A DNA stretch of 53,721 nt from positions 1 to 53,721 of the forward strand of contig JBGTGT010000083.1 of assembly GCA_041746575.1 (NCBI GenBank), in the 5' to 3' direction. Source of the DNA: Microcystaceae cyanobacterium (lineage in GTDB: Bacteria; Cyanobacteriota; Cyanobacteriia; Cyanobacteriales; Microcystaceae). Shown piece by piece: positions 22,397 to 31,478 of the stretch. Every line of letters begins with the position of its first letter. Position 1 is the stretch's first letter. Both the position numbers and the translations under genes were made by a program. The notes beneath the pieces are model-generated. The model had not been told where the DNA came from, did not search any database, and saw only the letters and a list, made by a program, of their open reading frames with translations.

Positions 22397-22705
22397 TAAA
22401 GTTGGAGACTGACAGAAGAGGGAGATAATCATAAAATGGGTTGGGTGCTCGCACCCCTACAGAATTATGGTCGTTTAAACAGATTTGAGATGATTCTCAT
22501 CACAGATTCCCCTCATAGGGAAATTTTGGATTTTCTACATTTATTTCCTTTTATTTCCATGTTGCCTTTGAGGATTTTCCCGATTGCGCCCCAGCCATTC
22601 CCTTTATTTTGGGACTGACATCCTATAGAAATTTACCTAAGCTTAAGTCAATTGCTGAATCATTGAAGCAAAATTTACTCTAAAAGCTGAGGAGCTTCTT
22701 AAATA

Positions 22706-23020
22706 ATGAAAAATCTTGTTCTATCTATTTTAGGCTTAACTTTTCTGGGTGCAATGCCCCTAGTCGCCTATGCAGGGGATGAAGTCAATGTGCAAACCAG
22801 TGATGTCGTCGTCACCCAAGATGGAAATGGTAACATTGGTGCGGTTACAACTGAACAGACCATTCGTTCTACGACTCGTTCCCGTTCAAGAGAACAAATG
22901 ACTAATAGTGCTGGCAACGTTCAAGATTATCGCGTAGATGTTTATCAGCGAGGAATGGGCAACGAAACCAGAGTTCGAGGTCGTCAGTCTGTTGAACGCA
23001 ATATCAACTATCGACGGTAA
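22706..23020 (+). CDS. Small secreted protein with two curlin-like repeats
   Basis: GAGGAG RBS; signal peptide (AYA); repeats NVQTSDVVVTQDGNGNIGAVTTEQTI and NVQDYRVDVYQRGMGNETRVRGRQSV. Confidence 0.8.
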   Translation: MKNLVLSILGLTFLGAMPLVAYAGDEVNVQTSDVVVTQDGNGNIGAVTTEQTIRSTTRSRSREQMTNSAGNVQDYRVDVYQRGMGNETRVRGRQSVERNINYRR

Positions 23021-23035
23021 TTGAAAGATATTGAG

Positions 23036-23073
23036 AGAAGGAAGAATCAAAATAGCTATTCTTTCCTTCTTTT
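23036..23073 (+). terminator. Stem-loop with short U tract after the first gene of the secreted-protein cluster
   Basis: AGAAGGAAGAAT-loop-ATTCTTTCCTTCT followed by TTT. Confidence 0.5.
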
Positions 23074-23103
23074 GTTAAAAATAGACGTCAAGAGGCTAAA
23101 TTT

Positions 23104-23433
23104 ATGATTTCTCAGTCCTTATCAGGATGGCTCGCTATTGGACTCCTTATTTTATTTTCAGGTGTCGTTGAAGCGGGAGAAATTCAGATTAATACGGGAA
23201 GGGTGAGGGTAGAGAAAGGAACGACAGGAAACATTACGGTAGAAACGGGGGAATGGCGTCGAAGAAATGAATTGAAACGCTCATTTTATCCTCATGACTC
23301 GTTTGTGAACCCTTATTATCCCTATGATAACGTCAATCACTGTCAGATGAGATCCCATCAAGACGTTCAATCCAGCGATCGCAATGGTCGCTATCAACAT
23401 CATCATCTTAATATCAGTCAGCGATGTTCTTAA
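23104..23433 (+). CDS. Small secreted protein
   Basis: AGAGG RBS; signal peptide ending VEA; beta-rich N-terminal part; two Cys near the C-terminus. Confidence 0.75.
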   Translation: MISQSLSGWLAIGLLILFSGVVEAGEIQINTGRVRVEKGTTGNITVETGEWRRRNELKRSFYPHDSFVNPYYPYDNVNHCQMRSHQDVQSSDRNGRYQHHHLNISQRCS

Positions 23434-23477
23434 AAAAGCGTAAACAGACAATCACTCTAAGGAGGAGGTGCTAATTC

Positions 23478-23849
23478 ATGAAACCTAGCTTATTTTTATT
23501 AAGTGTAGCTGTCATTTCAACAGGATGGGCTAATCATCCTTCCGTTAGTCAATGCGTACAGGCGGATGTCTCAGTTCAATATAGCATCCGTTCTTCAAAG
23601 CAACCGACAGAGCGAAGCAACGATGTGACGATGAAACCAGATCCTGAGTGTAGCGGTAATGCTAGTATTACAACTGGGATACAGGGATATCGAGGGGATC
23701 AAGAAAACCTACGACAACAACGACGCATTCGTCAGGTACAACAAGGGGGGCAGAGTAATAGGTCTGGGATAGAGGGCAATACTGTACAAATTCGCTCTAA
23801 TGTCCAAAAAGACTTTTATTTGCCTAGATTACCGAACAAAGTTGATTAA
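23478..23849 (+). CDS. Small secreted protein, Gln/Asn/Ser-rich with a Cys pair
   Basis: AAGGAGGAGG RBS; signal peptide; CVQADVSVQ...CSGNASITTG. Confidence 0.78.
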   Translation: MKPSLFLLSVAVISTGWANHPSVSQCVQADVSVQYSIRSSKQPTERSNDVTMKPDPECSGNASITTGIQGYRGDQENLRQQRRIRQVQQGGQSNRSGIEGNTVQIRSNVQKDFYLPRLPNKVD

Positions 23850-23876
23850 GGTTGACGTTAGTGAGGGATATGAGTT

Positions 23877-24311
23877 ATGAATCGTCTTTTTATTCGTTCT
23901 TTCAGGGGTATAGGAAATCTTTTAGGGGCAATAAGTCTGCTATTTGTCTCTGGGACAATGGGAGAGGCTGTGATAGCTCAAAATTATGGGCAAAGCATTC
24001 ATACAGTGACTGTTTTCTCAGAAAATCTCAATCAACCTTATTGGTTAATCATCAATGCACCCCCTTCTACCCAAATTAGCGGAGAAATTCGCCTGAATGA
24101 TCGCTTGATTCAGCGACTCAATTCTCCTTCTCTTCGTCTTAATCTTATGCCCTATCTAGGTTTGGGTCGTTATCGCTTGGAAATTATCGGTCACTATACG
24201 CCATCGGATAACGGGATTGAACTGTCTTTATCGGGTGGAAATACGCAAATTAACCAGCGAACGGCGGGAAGTGGTGTAATTAATCACATTATTAATCTTG
24301 AGGTCAAATAA
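23877..24311 (+). CDS. Secreted beta-sandwich-like protein
   Basis: Signal-like N-terminus; alternating beta-strand pattern (GEIRLND, GRYRLEIIGHY, IELSLSG). Confidence 0.72.
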   Translation: MNRLFIRSFRGIGNLLGAISLLFVSGTMGEAVIAQNYGQSIHTVTVFSENLNQPYWLIINAPPSTQISGEIRLNDRLIQRLNSPSLRLNLMPYLGLGRYRLEIIGHYTPSDNGIELSLSGGNTQINQRTAGSGVINHIINLEVK

Positions 24312-24317
24312 TAAAGC

Positions 24318-24596
24318 ATGAATCGTATTTTATTGAGTACCCTATTATTTAGCACTCTGACGTTGCCGACGTTAGCACAAAACACTGATCAAAGTGCTTC
24401 AGCAGAAGCCAATATCTTGGGTAATAACAATACCGTTAATCAGACGATTAATCAAACCATTATTTATCATCCGGGTATTGTCAATCGTCGGGAAAATAAA
24501 GAAAAAACTGAAAATCGAGGACAGTCTCGTTCAAGATTTCAGGGCGAAGAAACGACTAAAAAGAAACAAAAGCACGGCTATAACAATCTCATTTAG
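24318..24596 (+). CDS. Small secreted protein with one curlin-like repeat and a basic C-tail
   Basis: GAGG RBS; signal peptide (TLA); QSASAEANILGNNNTVNQTINQTI; K/R-rich tail. Confidence 0.75.
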   Translation: MNRILLSTLLFSTLTLPTLAQNTDQSASAEANILGNNNTVNQTINQTIIYHPGIVNRRENKEKTENRGQSRSRFQGEETTKKKQKHGYNNLI

Positions 24597-24671
24597 ATTG
24601 TAAATCAAACTAAAAATAGAAAGCGGGGAACAAACAACAGGGGCGGTGTTTTCAGCTTTTTTCTTATTTAA

Positions 24672-25613
24672 CTATAATGATCGAACTTGAGCAATAATAG
24701 CACGATGACGGGGACTAATAGGGGTAATTTGTGGGGTTTGAAAACCTGCCTCTATTAAGGCTGAAACTACATCTAAGGTGAAGTATTGATCGAGATAAGG
24801 TTCGGTACTTTTGAGCAAGGTTAAGACGTAGGGAGGCATTTTTCGATATACTTCTGAACGAGGATTCATGTCCATCATCGCAAAGTAACCCCCATTGCCT
24901 AAAACCCGTCTGGCTTCTTGAAAAATCGCTTTAGCGGCACTTTGAGGCAGTTCATGAAACACCAGAAAGGCAGAAACGAGATCAAAGCTGTTATTTGGGA
25001 ATCCTGTTGCTTCTGCGGCAGCGTGAAGCCAAGTAATGTGATGATTTTCGTAGAATTGACTCCGATATTGTGCTACAGCAAGACAATAAGCCGATAAATC
25101 CAGTCCGGTAATCTGAGATTGGGGATAAGCCTTTTGAAGGGGAAAGGTACTTAAGCCCGCACTACACCCAAGATCAAGAATATTTTGAGGGGGTTGTATT
25201 AATTGAGATTTGAGGACATGATGGTAATTTTGACGAATTTTGGCATCTCCTTCAATGCTAATGCCTTCTGTATCCTTCCAAATCGTTGAATGTACCGCTT
25301 TTGCCGCCGATTCTACTTCTAAGGCCGCTTCCCAACACAAATTCCCCTGCTCATAGGCATGGAAAGAGGCTAGATAATAATCAGGATAGCTTATTTGAGT
25401 ATTTTCTATTTTTGTATATACTTCTGTCCAATTCTGAGCTTTTTTCAAAATTTTTACATTATTTCGCCAAGGAACACCTATTTTTTCCGCACGGTTAATC
25501 ATCATCTGACGTGCTTGATATTTTGCGATGTTCCACAGGGGTTTAATAGATAAAAGTCGATTGATAAGATGGGTTGTTAAAGGGGGTTGAGGGGTGGTTT
25601 CGGTGGCATTCAT
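24672..25613 (-). CDS. Class I SAM-dependent methyltransferase
   Basis: ILDLGCSAG, GLDLS, FDLVSAFLVFHELP. Confidence 0.88.
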   Translation of the reverse strand: MNATETTPQPPLTTHLINRLLSIKPLWNIAKYQARQMMINRAEKIGVPWRNNVKILKKAQNWTEVYTKIENTQISYPDYYLASFHAYEQGNLCWEAALEVESAAKAVHSTIWKDTEGISIEGDAKIRQNYHHVLKSQLIQPPQNILDLGCSAGLSTFPLQKAYPQSQITGLDLSAYCLAVAQYRSQFYENHHITWLHAAAEATGFPNNSFDLVSAFLVFHELPQSAAKAIFQEARRVLGNGGYFAMMDMNPRSEVYRKMPPYVLTLLKSTEPYLDQYFTLDVVSALIEAGFQTPQITPISPRHRAIIAQVRSL

Positions 25614-25790
25614 ATCTATTCAAAGAGAAAAAAGACTCAACCGATCATCATAAATAATTCAGATCACGGAATAGTCAAAACGGTGGCGACTGTAACGTTA
25701 CTTAACAATTTTGTTACCGAAAATGTAACTTTATCCCCTTTTTCGGGAATTGACGGCATACTAAAACAAACATCTCGTCCATGAAGGTTT

Positions 25791-26678
25791 ATGATGTCTT
25801 TTAAAGATGCCCGTGATTATCAAATTCTTTTCTTAACGACCTTTCTTTTATTAGGAATTGTCACCAGAGACTGGACGTTAAAAATCGAATTAATTCCTAT
25901 TACGATCGCTGTTTGTTTGATCACACAATTTTTTTTATCACAGCTTAGTGATTTTGTCAAGGCTTTGTTTAATCAGCAAGGAAGCCAAAAGTACCATGCT
26001 CACTCTCGAAAATATCACTTTTTTGAGTTTCTGTCAACTTCTTCTTGGAAAAGTGCTTTAATAACGGCGTTAGGATTGTGCTTACTTTTGCGAGCGAATC
26101 ATTATCAAACGATGATTTTGGCAGGAAGTTTAGCGATTAGTAGTAAGTTCTTTTTACGATATCAAGAAAAGCATTTTTTTAATCCAGCGAATTTTGGCAT
26201 TATTGCCGCTTTATTGTTGACTCAAGATGCTTGGATTTCTCCCGGACAGTGGGGAACGGATTGGTGGTATTTATTATTATTTTTAGGACTGGGAGGCGTC
26301 GTTCTAAAACAAGTGGGACGATGGGATACTTCTGTGACTTTTTTACTTGCTTATCTAGGGTTAGAAGCCATGAGAAATTTTTGGCTAGGATGGAGTTGGG
26401 ATGTTTTGCAACATCAATTGATGAGTGGCAGTTTATTACTCTTTGCTCTTTTTATGTTGACGGATCCTCGTTCCCTTCCGAATGCAACTAAGGGACGATT
26501 AATTTGGGCAGTAAGTATTGCTATTTTAACCTTTATCTTGCAACATAGCTTTTATCTTTCGACGGCGATTTTTTGGGCATTATTTATCGTGTCACCGTTA
26601 ACCCTTATCTTAGATATTTACTGGTCATCTCCTCGCTTTACTTGGCACAAACAATTAACTGTAACCCATAATTTGTAA
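25791..26678 (+). CDS. NqrB/RnfD-family-like integral membrane protein (stand-alone)
   Basis: SALITALGLCLLL, SKF...KHFFNPANFG, FMLTDPRS. Confidence 0.72.
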   Translation: MMSFKDARDYQILFLTTFLLLGIVTRDWTLKIELIPITIAVCLITQFFLSQLSDFVKALFNQQGSQKYHAHSRKYHFFEFLSTSSWKSALITALGLCLLLRANHYQTMILAGSLAISSKFFLRYQEKHFFNPANFGIIAALLLTQDAWISPGQWGTDWWYLLLFLGLGGVVLKQVGRWDTSVTFLLAYLGLEAMRNFWLGWSWDVLQHQLMSGSLLLFALFMLTDPRSLPNATKGRLIWAVSIAILTFILQHSFYLSTAIFWALFIVSPLTLILDIYWSSPRFTWHKQLTVTHNL

Positions 26679-26776
26679 CTTGTTTGTCGAAAAAAATGAA
26701 GAGTTTTTTGGAAAATAATTTTAATTTCTGTAATCTCTTCTTACTTTTTATTCTTCCCAATACTCTCTACTGGAAA

Positions 26777-28156
26777 ATGATAAAACTATCTCAACTCTTT
26801 TTGACTTTTTTCCTAACCCTAATAGTGAGCTTAGGATTCCTAGAACCCGCTTGGGCTTTCTGTGGCTTTTATGTATCTAAAGCTGATAGTAACTTATATA
26901 ATCAAACCTCTCAAGTAATTATCGCTCGTGAGGGCGATCGCACCCTTTTAACGATGGCAAATGACTATCAAGGGGAAGTCAAAGATTTTGCTTTAGTTGT
27001 ACCTGTACCGGTGGTGATTAAAAAAGAACAAGTTAATATTGGAGATCCCCAAATTATCAATCGGTTAGATAGTTTTAGTGCGCCTCGTTTAGTAGAGTAT
27101 TTTGATGCTAATCCCTGTGACATCAGAGCATTTGATGAAGCGGTGCCTCAGCCTGCACCAGCATCTGCTTCCTTAGAAGCCGGAAAAGTTGAAAGAAATA
27201 ATGCACTCGGTGTAACGATAGAAGAACAATTTTCAGTCGGCGAATATGACATCTTAATTCTCAGTGCCAAAGAATCCAACGGCTTAGAAACATGGTTAAG
27301 ACAAAATGGCTATCAAATACCGTCCGGTGCTAGTACCGTTTTACAACCCTATATTCGTCAACAAATGAAATTTTTTGTGGCGAAAGTGAATCTCAAAGAA
27401 TATGCTAAATCCGACTTTCAAACCTTACGCCCTTTGATGATAGCTTACGAGTCAGCTAAATTTATGTTACCCATTCGTTTAGGGATGGTTAATGCCAAAG
27501 GAGAGCAAGATTTAATTGTTTATTTACTCTCGCCTCAAGGACAAACCGAATTAACCAATTATCGCACAGTGCAAATTCCTTCAGATGTCGATATTCCTGA
27601 ATTTGTTGAGCCAGAATTCAGTAAGTTTTATCAAGCGATGTTTACGCATTCCTATCGCCAAGAAGGGAAAAAAGTGGCTTTTGTCGAATATGCGTGGAAT
27701 ATGAGTAATTGTGACCCTTGTTCTGCTGAACCTTTATCCCCTGAAGAATTAAGAAAAGCAGGAGTTTTTTGGCTTAATAATGCTGATTCTCAAGGACGAT
27801 TTGTCCCCAATTTCCAAAATGTTTTTATCACCCGTCTGCATATTCGTTATCAAAGAGAAACCTTTCCAGAAGATTTAAAATTTCAAGCGACAAATAATCA
27901 ACAACTTTTTCAAGGTCGTTATGTTTTACGTCGTCCGTATCGAGGGGAAATGAAATGTAATGCGGCACAAGGTTATTTAGAATCGGTGAAAACGCGTCAA
28001 GAACAAGAAGCTCAAACTTTAGCTCGTTTAACGGGATGGAATTTGAGGCAGATTCTTAACAAAATTGATTTTGTGGATGTTAAACCCACCACTTGGTGGT
28101 GCAGATTATGGTCTTGTAAAGGCTTTCAAAAATATCGTAATTTTCAGATAAGATAA
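26777..28156 (+). CDS. DUF2330 domain secreted protein
   Basis: Signal ending AWA then FCGFYV; FALVVPVP, FSAPRLVEYFD, MLPIRLG, EYAWNM..CDPC, FITRLH. Confidence 0.8.
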   Translation: MIKLSQLFLTFFLTLIVSLGFLEPAWAFCGFYVSKADSNLYNQTSQVIIAREGDRTLLTMANDYQGEVKDFALVVPVPVVIKKEQVNIGDPQIINRLDSFSAPRLVEYFDANPCDIRAFDEAVPQPAPASASLEAGKVERNNALGVTIEEQFSVGEYDILILSAKESNGLETWLRQNGYQIPSGASTVLQPYIRQQMKFFVAKVNLKEYAKSDFQTLRPLMIAYESAKFMLPIRLGMVNAKGEQDLIVYLLSPQGQTELTNYRTVQIPSDVDIPEFVEPEFSKFYQAMFTHSYRQEGKKVAFVEYAWNMSNCDPCSAEPLSPEELRKAGVFWLNNADSQGRFVPNFQNVFITRLHIRYQRETFPEDLKFQATNNQQLFQGRYVLRRPYRGEMKCNAAQGYLESVKTRQEQEAQTLARLTGWNLRQILNKIDFVDVKPTTWWCRLWSCKGFQKYRNFQIR

Positions 28157-28182
28157 AGTCACTGAGTTCTAGGAACGCAATT

Positions 28183-29346
28183 ATGGCAATGCTCAACGGA
28201 TCTGATCTATTGGCTCAAAATCAAGAAATAAAGAGCAAAAGTCATCAAATACATCGGACTTTAGGCTTTTTTCTGTCGGGATTGTTGGTTTTGCCTAGCT
28301 CAGTTACCTTGGCGGCAACTTTAACCACTGAAGTTCATCGGGAATCCCTCCTTATCACAGAACCCACAGCGATCGCACCCGAAACCTTAGCGGCTCAATT
28401 TTTTGTTTCTGCTGTCTCTGAGGTGGATGATCCGGCTTTTTTTGCGGCAAATGCTCCTTCTTTAATTCCGTCGACCTTATCCTTTGATGCTGTTGTTGAT
28501 TCTATAGGCCGCTTACGCTTTAATACACCTGATCTAAAGGCGATCGCGGAAGTTTCGACGCTCTCTCAAGTTCCCTCTTCTCAGGTAATGCAAGGAATTT
28601 ATGATTTTCCCAGTTCGCCTATTTCTCCTGCATCGTCTGATTTTTTCGTTTTTGAAGATAATAGCCTTAAATTGAGCAGTCGTCCTCCGGCAGTAACCCC
28701 ATCCTCTAAAATCACTTCCCCCAATAATCAGGCTAATTTACCCTCTAATGGCGGAATTAGTCCCAGTGGCATCAGAGTTCCTTCCTATGCAGGGATTAAC
28801 GTTCTTAACAGTCCTCAAGTATCTTCTGTCCTTGCTCCTTCTGTCGGAAACGGTAGTCATTCATCCGGCACACCCAATAGCATCCGAGCGCAATTGATTC
28901 AACTGTTTCAAGATGGGATAGATGCCCGTTGGGATCTCTATCCGAATGGCGAATTCAGTAAAACCCCCCAAGAGTGGAAGGCAAATCTCTCCGATCAAGC
29001 GAGACAATTGGATCAAATCTATCGTCTAGATGTCGGCGTCGCTTTACCGACAGCCCCCAAAAATATCTTTTTAACCCCTTTAGACTTAAAAGATGATTAT
29101 GCCAAAAACAGTCCTATCCTAAGTCGAGACTATGCTAACGCCTTTTTCCAAGTGAGTGATGACTTCCGAGATTTTTTGCAAGAAAATGCTCAAAAACAAG
29201 GACAAGCAATTACAGAAATTCAGCAAAACCGCCAAACAACCTCTTATAAACGCAATAAATCTTTACCCTCAGCTTACAAACTTTATCCAGACAATTCTGA
29301 AAAAAACAATAAAAAGCGAGCAAATTATACCCCTTTTGGGCGATAA
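28183..29346 (+). CDS. Hypothetical Ser/Pro-rich, probably exported protein
   Basis: 387-aa ORF with an N-terminal hydrophobic stretch; no recognised domain. Confidence 0.6.
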   Translation: MAMLNGSDLLAQNQEIKSKSHQIHRTLGFFLSGLLVLPSSVTLAATLTTEVHRESLLITEPTAIAPETLAAQFFVSAVSEVDDPAFFAANAPSLIPSTLSFDAVVDSIGRLRFNTPDLKAIAEVSTLSQVPSSQVMQGIYDFPSSPISPASSDFFVFEDNSLKLSSRPPAVTPSSKITSPNNQANLPSNGGISPSGIRVPSYAGINVLNSPQVSSVLAPSVGNGSHSSGTPNSIRAQLIQLFQDGIDARWDLYPNGEFSKTPQEWKANLSDQARQLDQIYRLDVGVALPTAPKNIFLTPLDLKDDYAKNSPILSRDYANAFFQVSDDFRDFLQENAQKQGQAITEIQQNRQTTSYKRNKSLPSAYKLYPDNSEKNNKKRANYTPFGR

Positions 29347-29379
29347 AAAAGCGGTCAAATCCCCAACTTCTGCCTCAAA

Positions 29380-30024
29380 TCAAGGAGCTAATCGTTCTCT
29401 ACGCCAATGATGCCCTTCTATCCAGCAATAGCATAAGCGATCGTGAAGACGGCTGGGACGACCTTGCCAAAATTCAATTCGGGTGGGAATTACCCTAAAT
29501 CCTCCCCAATAAGGCGGTCTTGTCGGTTTTTTACCTCGATACTCTTCCCTTAAATCTTGTAAGTGTTGTTCTAAAACCGCTCGACTTTCGATTACTTGAC
29601 TTTGCGGTGAAGCGATCGCCCCTAATTGAGATTCTAGAGGACGACTATTGAAATAAGTATCTGAGACTTGAGGAGAAACCTTTTCCACCTCTCCTTCAAT
29701 ACGAACTTGCCTTTCTAATTCTGCCCACCAAAAAACCAAGGATGCCCAAGGGGTTACCTGTAATTGTTGTCCCTTGGCACTATTATAGTTGGTATAAAAG
29801 ACAAAACCTTGTTGATCAAAGCCTTTGAGTAAGACCATTCTCGCCACGGGTTTGCCTTCAGGGGTAACCGTCGCTAACGTCATGGCATTGGGTTCGATGA
29901 TATTAGCAGAAACCGCCTGATCAAACCAACGTCGAAACTGATCAAAGGGATCGTTTGAAGTATCAGCTTCCCGTAACCCGTCTTTGGTGTAATTTTTGCG
30001 TAAATCCGCAATCGAAAGATTCAT
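29380..30024 (-). CDS. pdxH: Pyridoxamine 5'-phosphate oxidase
   Basis: [45 protein letters not shown]. Confidence 0.95.
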   Translation of the reverse strand: MNLSIADLRKNYTKDGLREADTSNDPFDQFRRWFDQAVSANIIEPNAMTLATVTPEGKPVARMVLLKGFDQQGFVFYTNYNSAKGQQLQVTPWASLVFWWAELERQVRIEGEVEKVSPQVSDTYFNSRPLESQLGAIASPQSQVIESRAVLEQHLQDLREEYRGKKPTRPPYWGGFRVIPTRIEFWQGRPSRLHDRLCYCWIEGHHWRRERLAP

Positions 30025-30029
30025 TGCTT

Positions 30030-30806
30030 ATGACCTCATCCTCTGCTCAAGAAGCGATCGCCCTACTAATTGATCTAGCACAAACCGGAGAAATTGATCC
30101 TTGGGATGTGCAGGTCATTGATGTCATTGACCGTTTTTTAGAAGAATTGGGCATCTCTGGCAGTGTATCATCTTCTTATGAATACAGTCACCTTCCTCGT
30201 TCGGGACAGGCGTTTTTATGGGCATCAATGTTAGTTCGTTTTAAGGCGGATACGTTAGAGTTAGTCAATCAGGAGACAGTAGAAGCAGAATCATCCCCAG
30301 AAGTCGAAGATTGGACAGAAAATGGCGATCATATTTTCTCTGCCTTGGTTTTAGAAAAACAAATTCGACGACGCACGGCGGCTCCTCCTCCTCGTAAACG
30401 AAAAGTGACGTTACAGGAATTGATTACGCAAATTGAAGAGATTGCGGCTGACTTTGAGAAAATTACGCTGAGTCGCCCTAAAAAACGGTCTGTTCGTCCT
30501 TACAATCGCAAAGAAGCTTTAGACAGTATTACCCAACTGGCACACCAAGAAAATCTAACGGAATTAGCCACCCAATTAGAAGACTTTTTTCGAGAGCAAA
30601 TTGTCCAAAGTCTCAAAGATCAAGAATGGATAGAATTAGAAAACTTGTTAAACGTCTGGCATCAACTTCATACGCCGCTCAAAGATGATCAACCCCCTGA
30701 TAGAGTGGGGATTTTTTGGGCATTATTATTACTTTCCTCCCAGTCTAAAGTCGCCTTATCTCAAGAGGAATTTTATCAGGATTTAAAGGTTCAGTTTTTA
30801 CAGTAA
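30030..30806 (+). CDS. scpA: Segregation and condensation protein A (kleisin)
   Basis: LIDLAQTGEIDPWDVQVIDV, FLWASMLV.FKA, FWALLLL...KV.L.QEEFY. Confidence 0.88.
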   Translation: MTSSSAQEAIALLIDLAQTGEIDPWDVQVIDVIDRFLEELGISGSVSSSYEYSHLPRSGQAFLWASMLVRFKADTLELVNQETVEAESSPEVEDWTENGDHIFSALVLEKQIRRRTAAPPPRKRKVTLQELITQIEEIAADFEKITLSRPKKRSVRPYNRKEALDSITQLAHQENLTELATQLEDFFREQIVQSLKDQEWIELENLLNVWHQLHTPLKDDQPPDRVGIFWALLLLSSQSKVALSQEEFYQDLKVQFLQ

Positions 30807-31434
30807 ACGGTGAGAAATCGGCCGATTCCTTGATCCTAGTTTTTCTTTCTTTTTATTAAGTATTTTTAACTCAGAAGTTAAAAATATTATAATTCCTACT
30901 TTTTCCCTTCAAATCCATTTGCTACTGCACTAATATCTATTACTGTTAAGAAAGACATGGGTATTAAATACCACCATTTAAAAGTTAGACTTTCATTGAC
31001 AAATAATAGCAATATCCACAGGATGACAATGATTACCGTAGTGCATCCTAGTATAATCGCTAATAGGCTTCTGCCATAAATACGATTATAAGAATTCTTA
31101 ATTTTTTGTTCTATCTCATAAATATCAACAATATCACGGTTATCGTCTTGTAGGAGTTGTTGCCTGATTTCTATATCTTACTTAAGTTGCGATCGAGAAT
31201 TATTAATTTTATTTAATACGGTTGGTAAAAATCCAGCAATTCCCGAAAGAAAAGGCAATAATAAATTGAAAAATAATGAAGATAAGTCCTGCATCCTCGA
31301 TTTTAAAGTACCGTTTAGCAATACATTTTGATCTATATTTTCTTGTTCATAAACAGGTTCAGATAATAAAATAACCATCAAGAAAGTCGCTATACATATT
31401 AATGTAAATTAAACTTTTTTCTTATTAGTGGCAT
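30804..31434 (-). pseudogene. Degraded AT-rich multi-TM membrane protein gene
   Basis: The frame of ORF 31178..31381 continues past the TAA at 31178-31180 (DIEIRQQLL...LLAIILGCTTVIIVILWILLLFV...WWYLIPMSFLTVI) to a TAG and then the final TAA; a 5' frameshift separates it from ATG 31434 (MPLIRKK / FTLICIATFLMVILL). Confidence 0.55.
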
Positions 31435-31478
31435 AGAATTTATTCAAGAATTCACAGAAAGAATTAATTAAAAGTTAC

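Noticed and set aside
22141..22618. Three short ORFs (72, 72 and 60 aa)
   Set aside because: They run through or beside the MITE and a REP-like repeat, with no RBS or protein-like features
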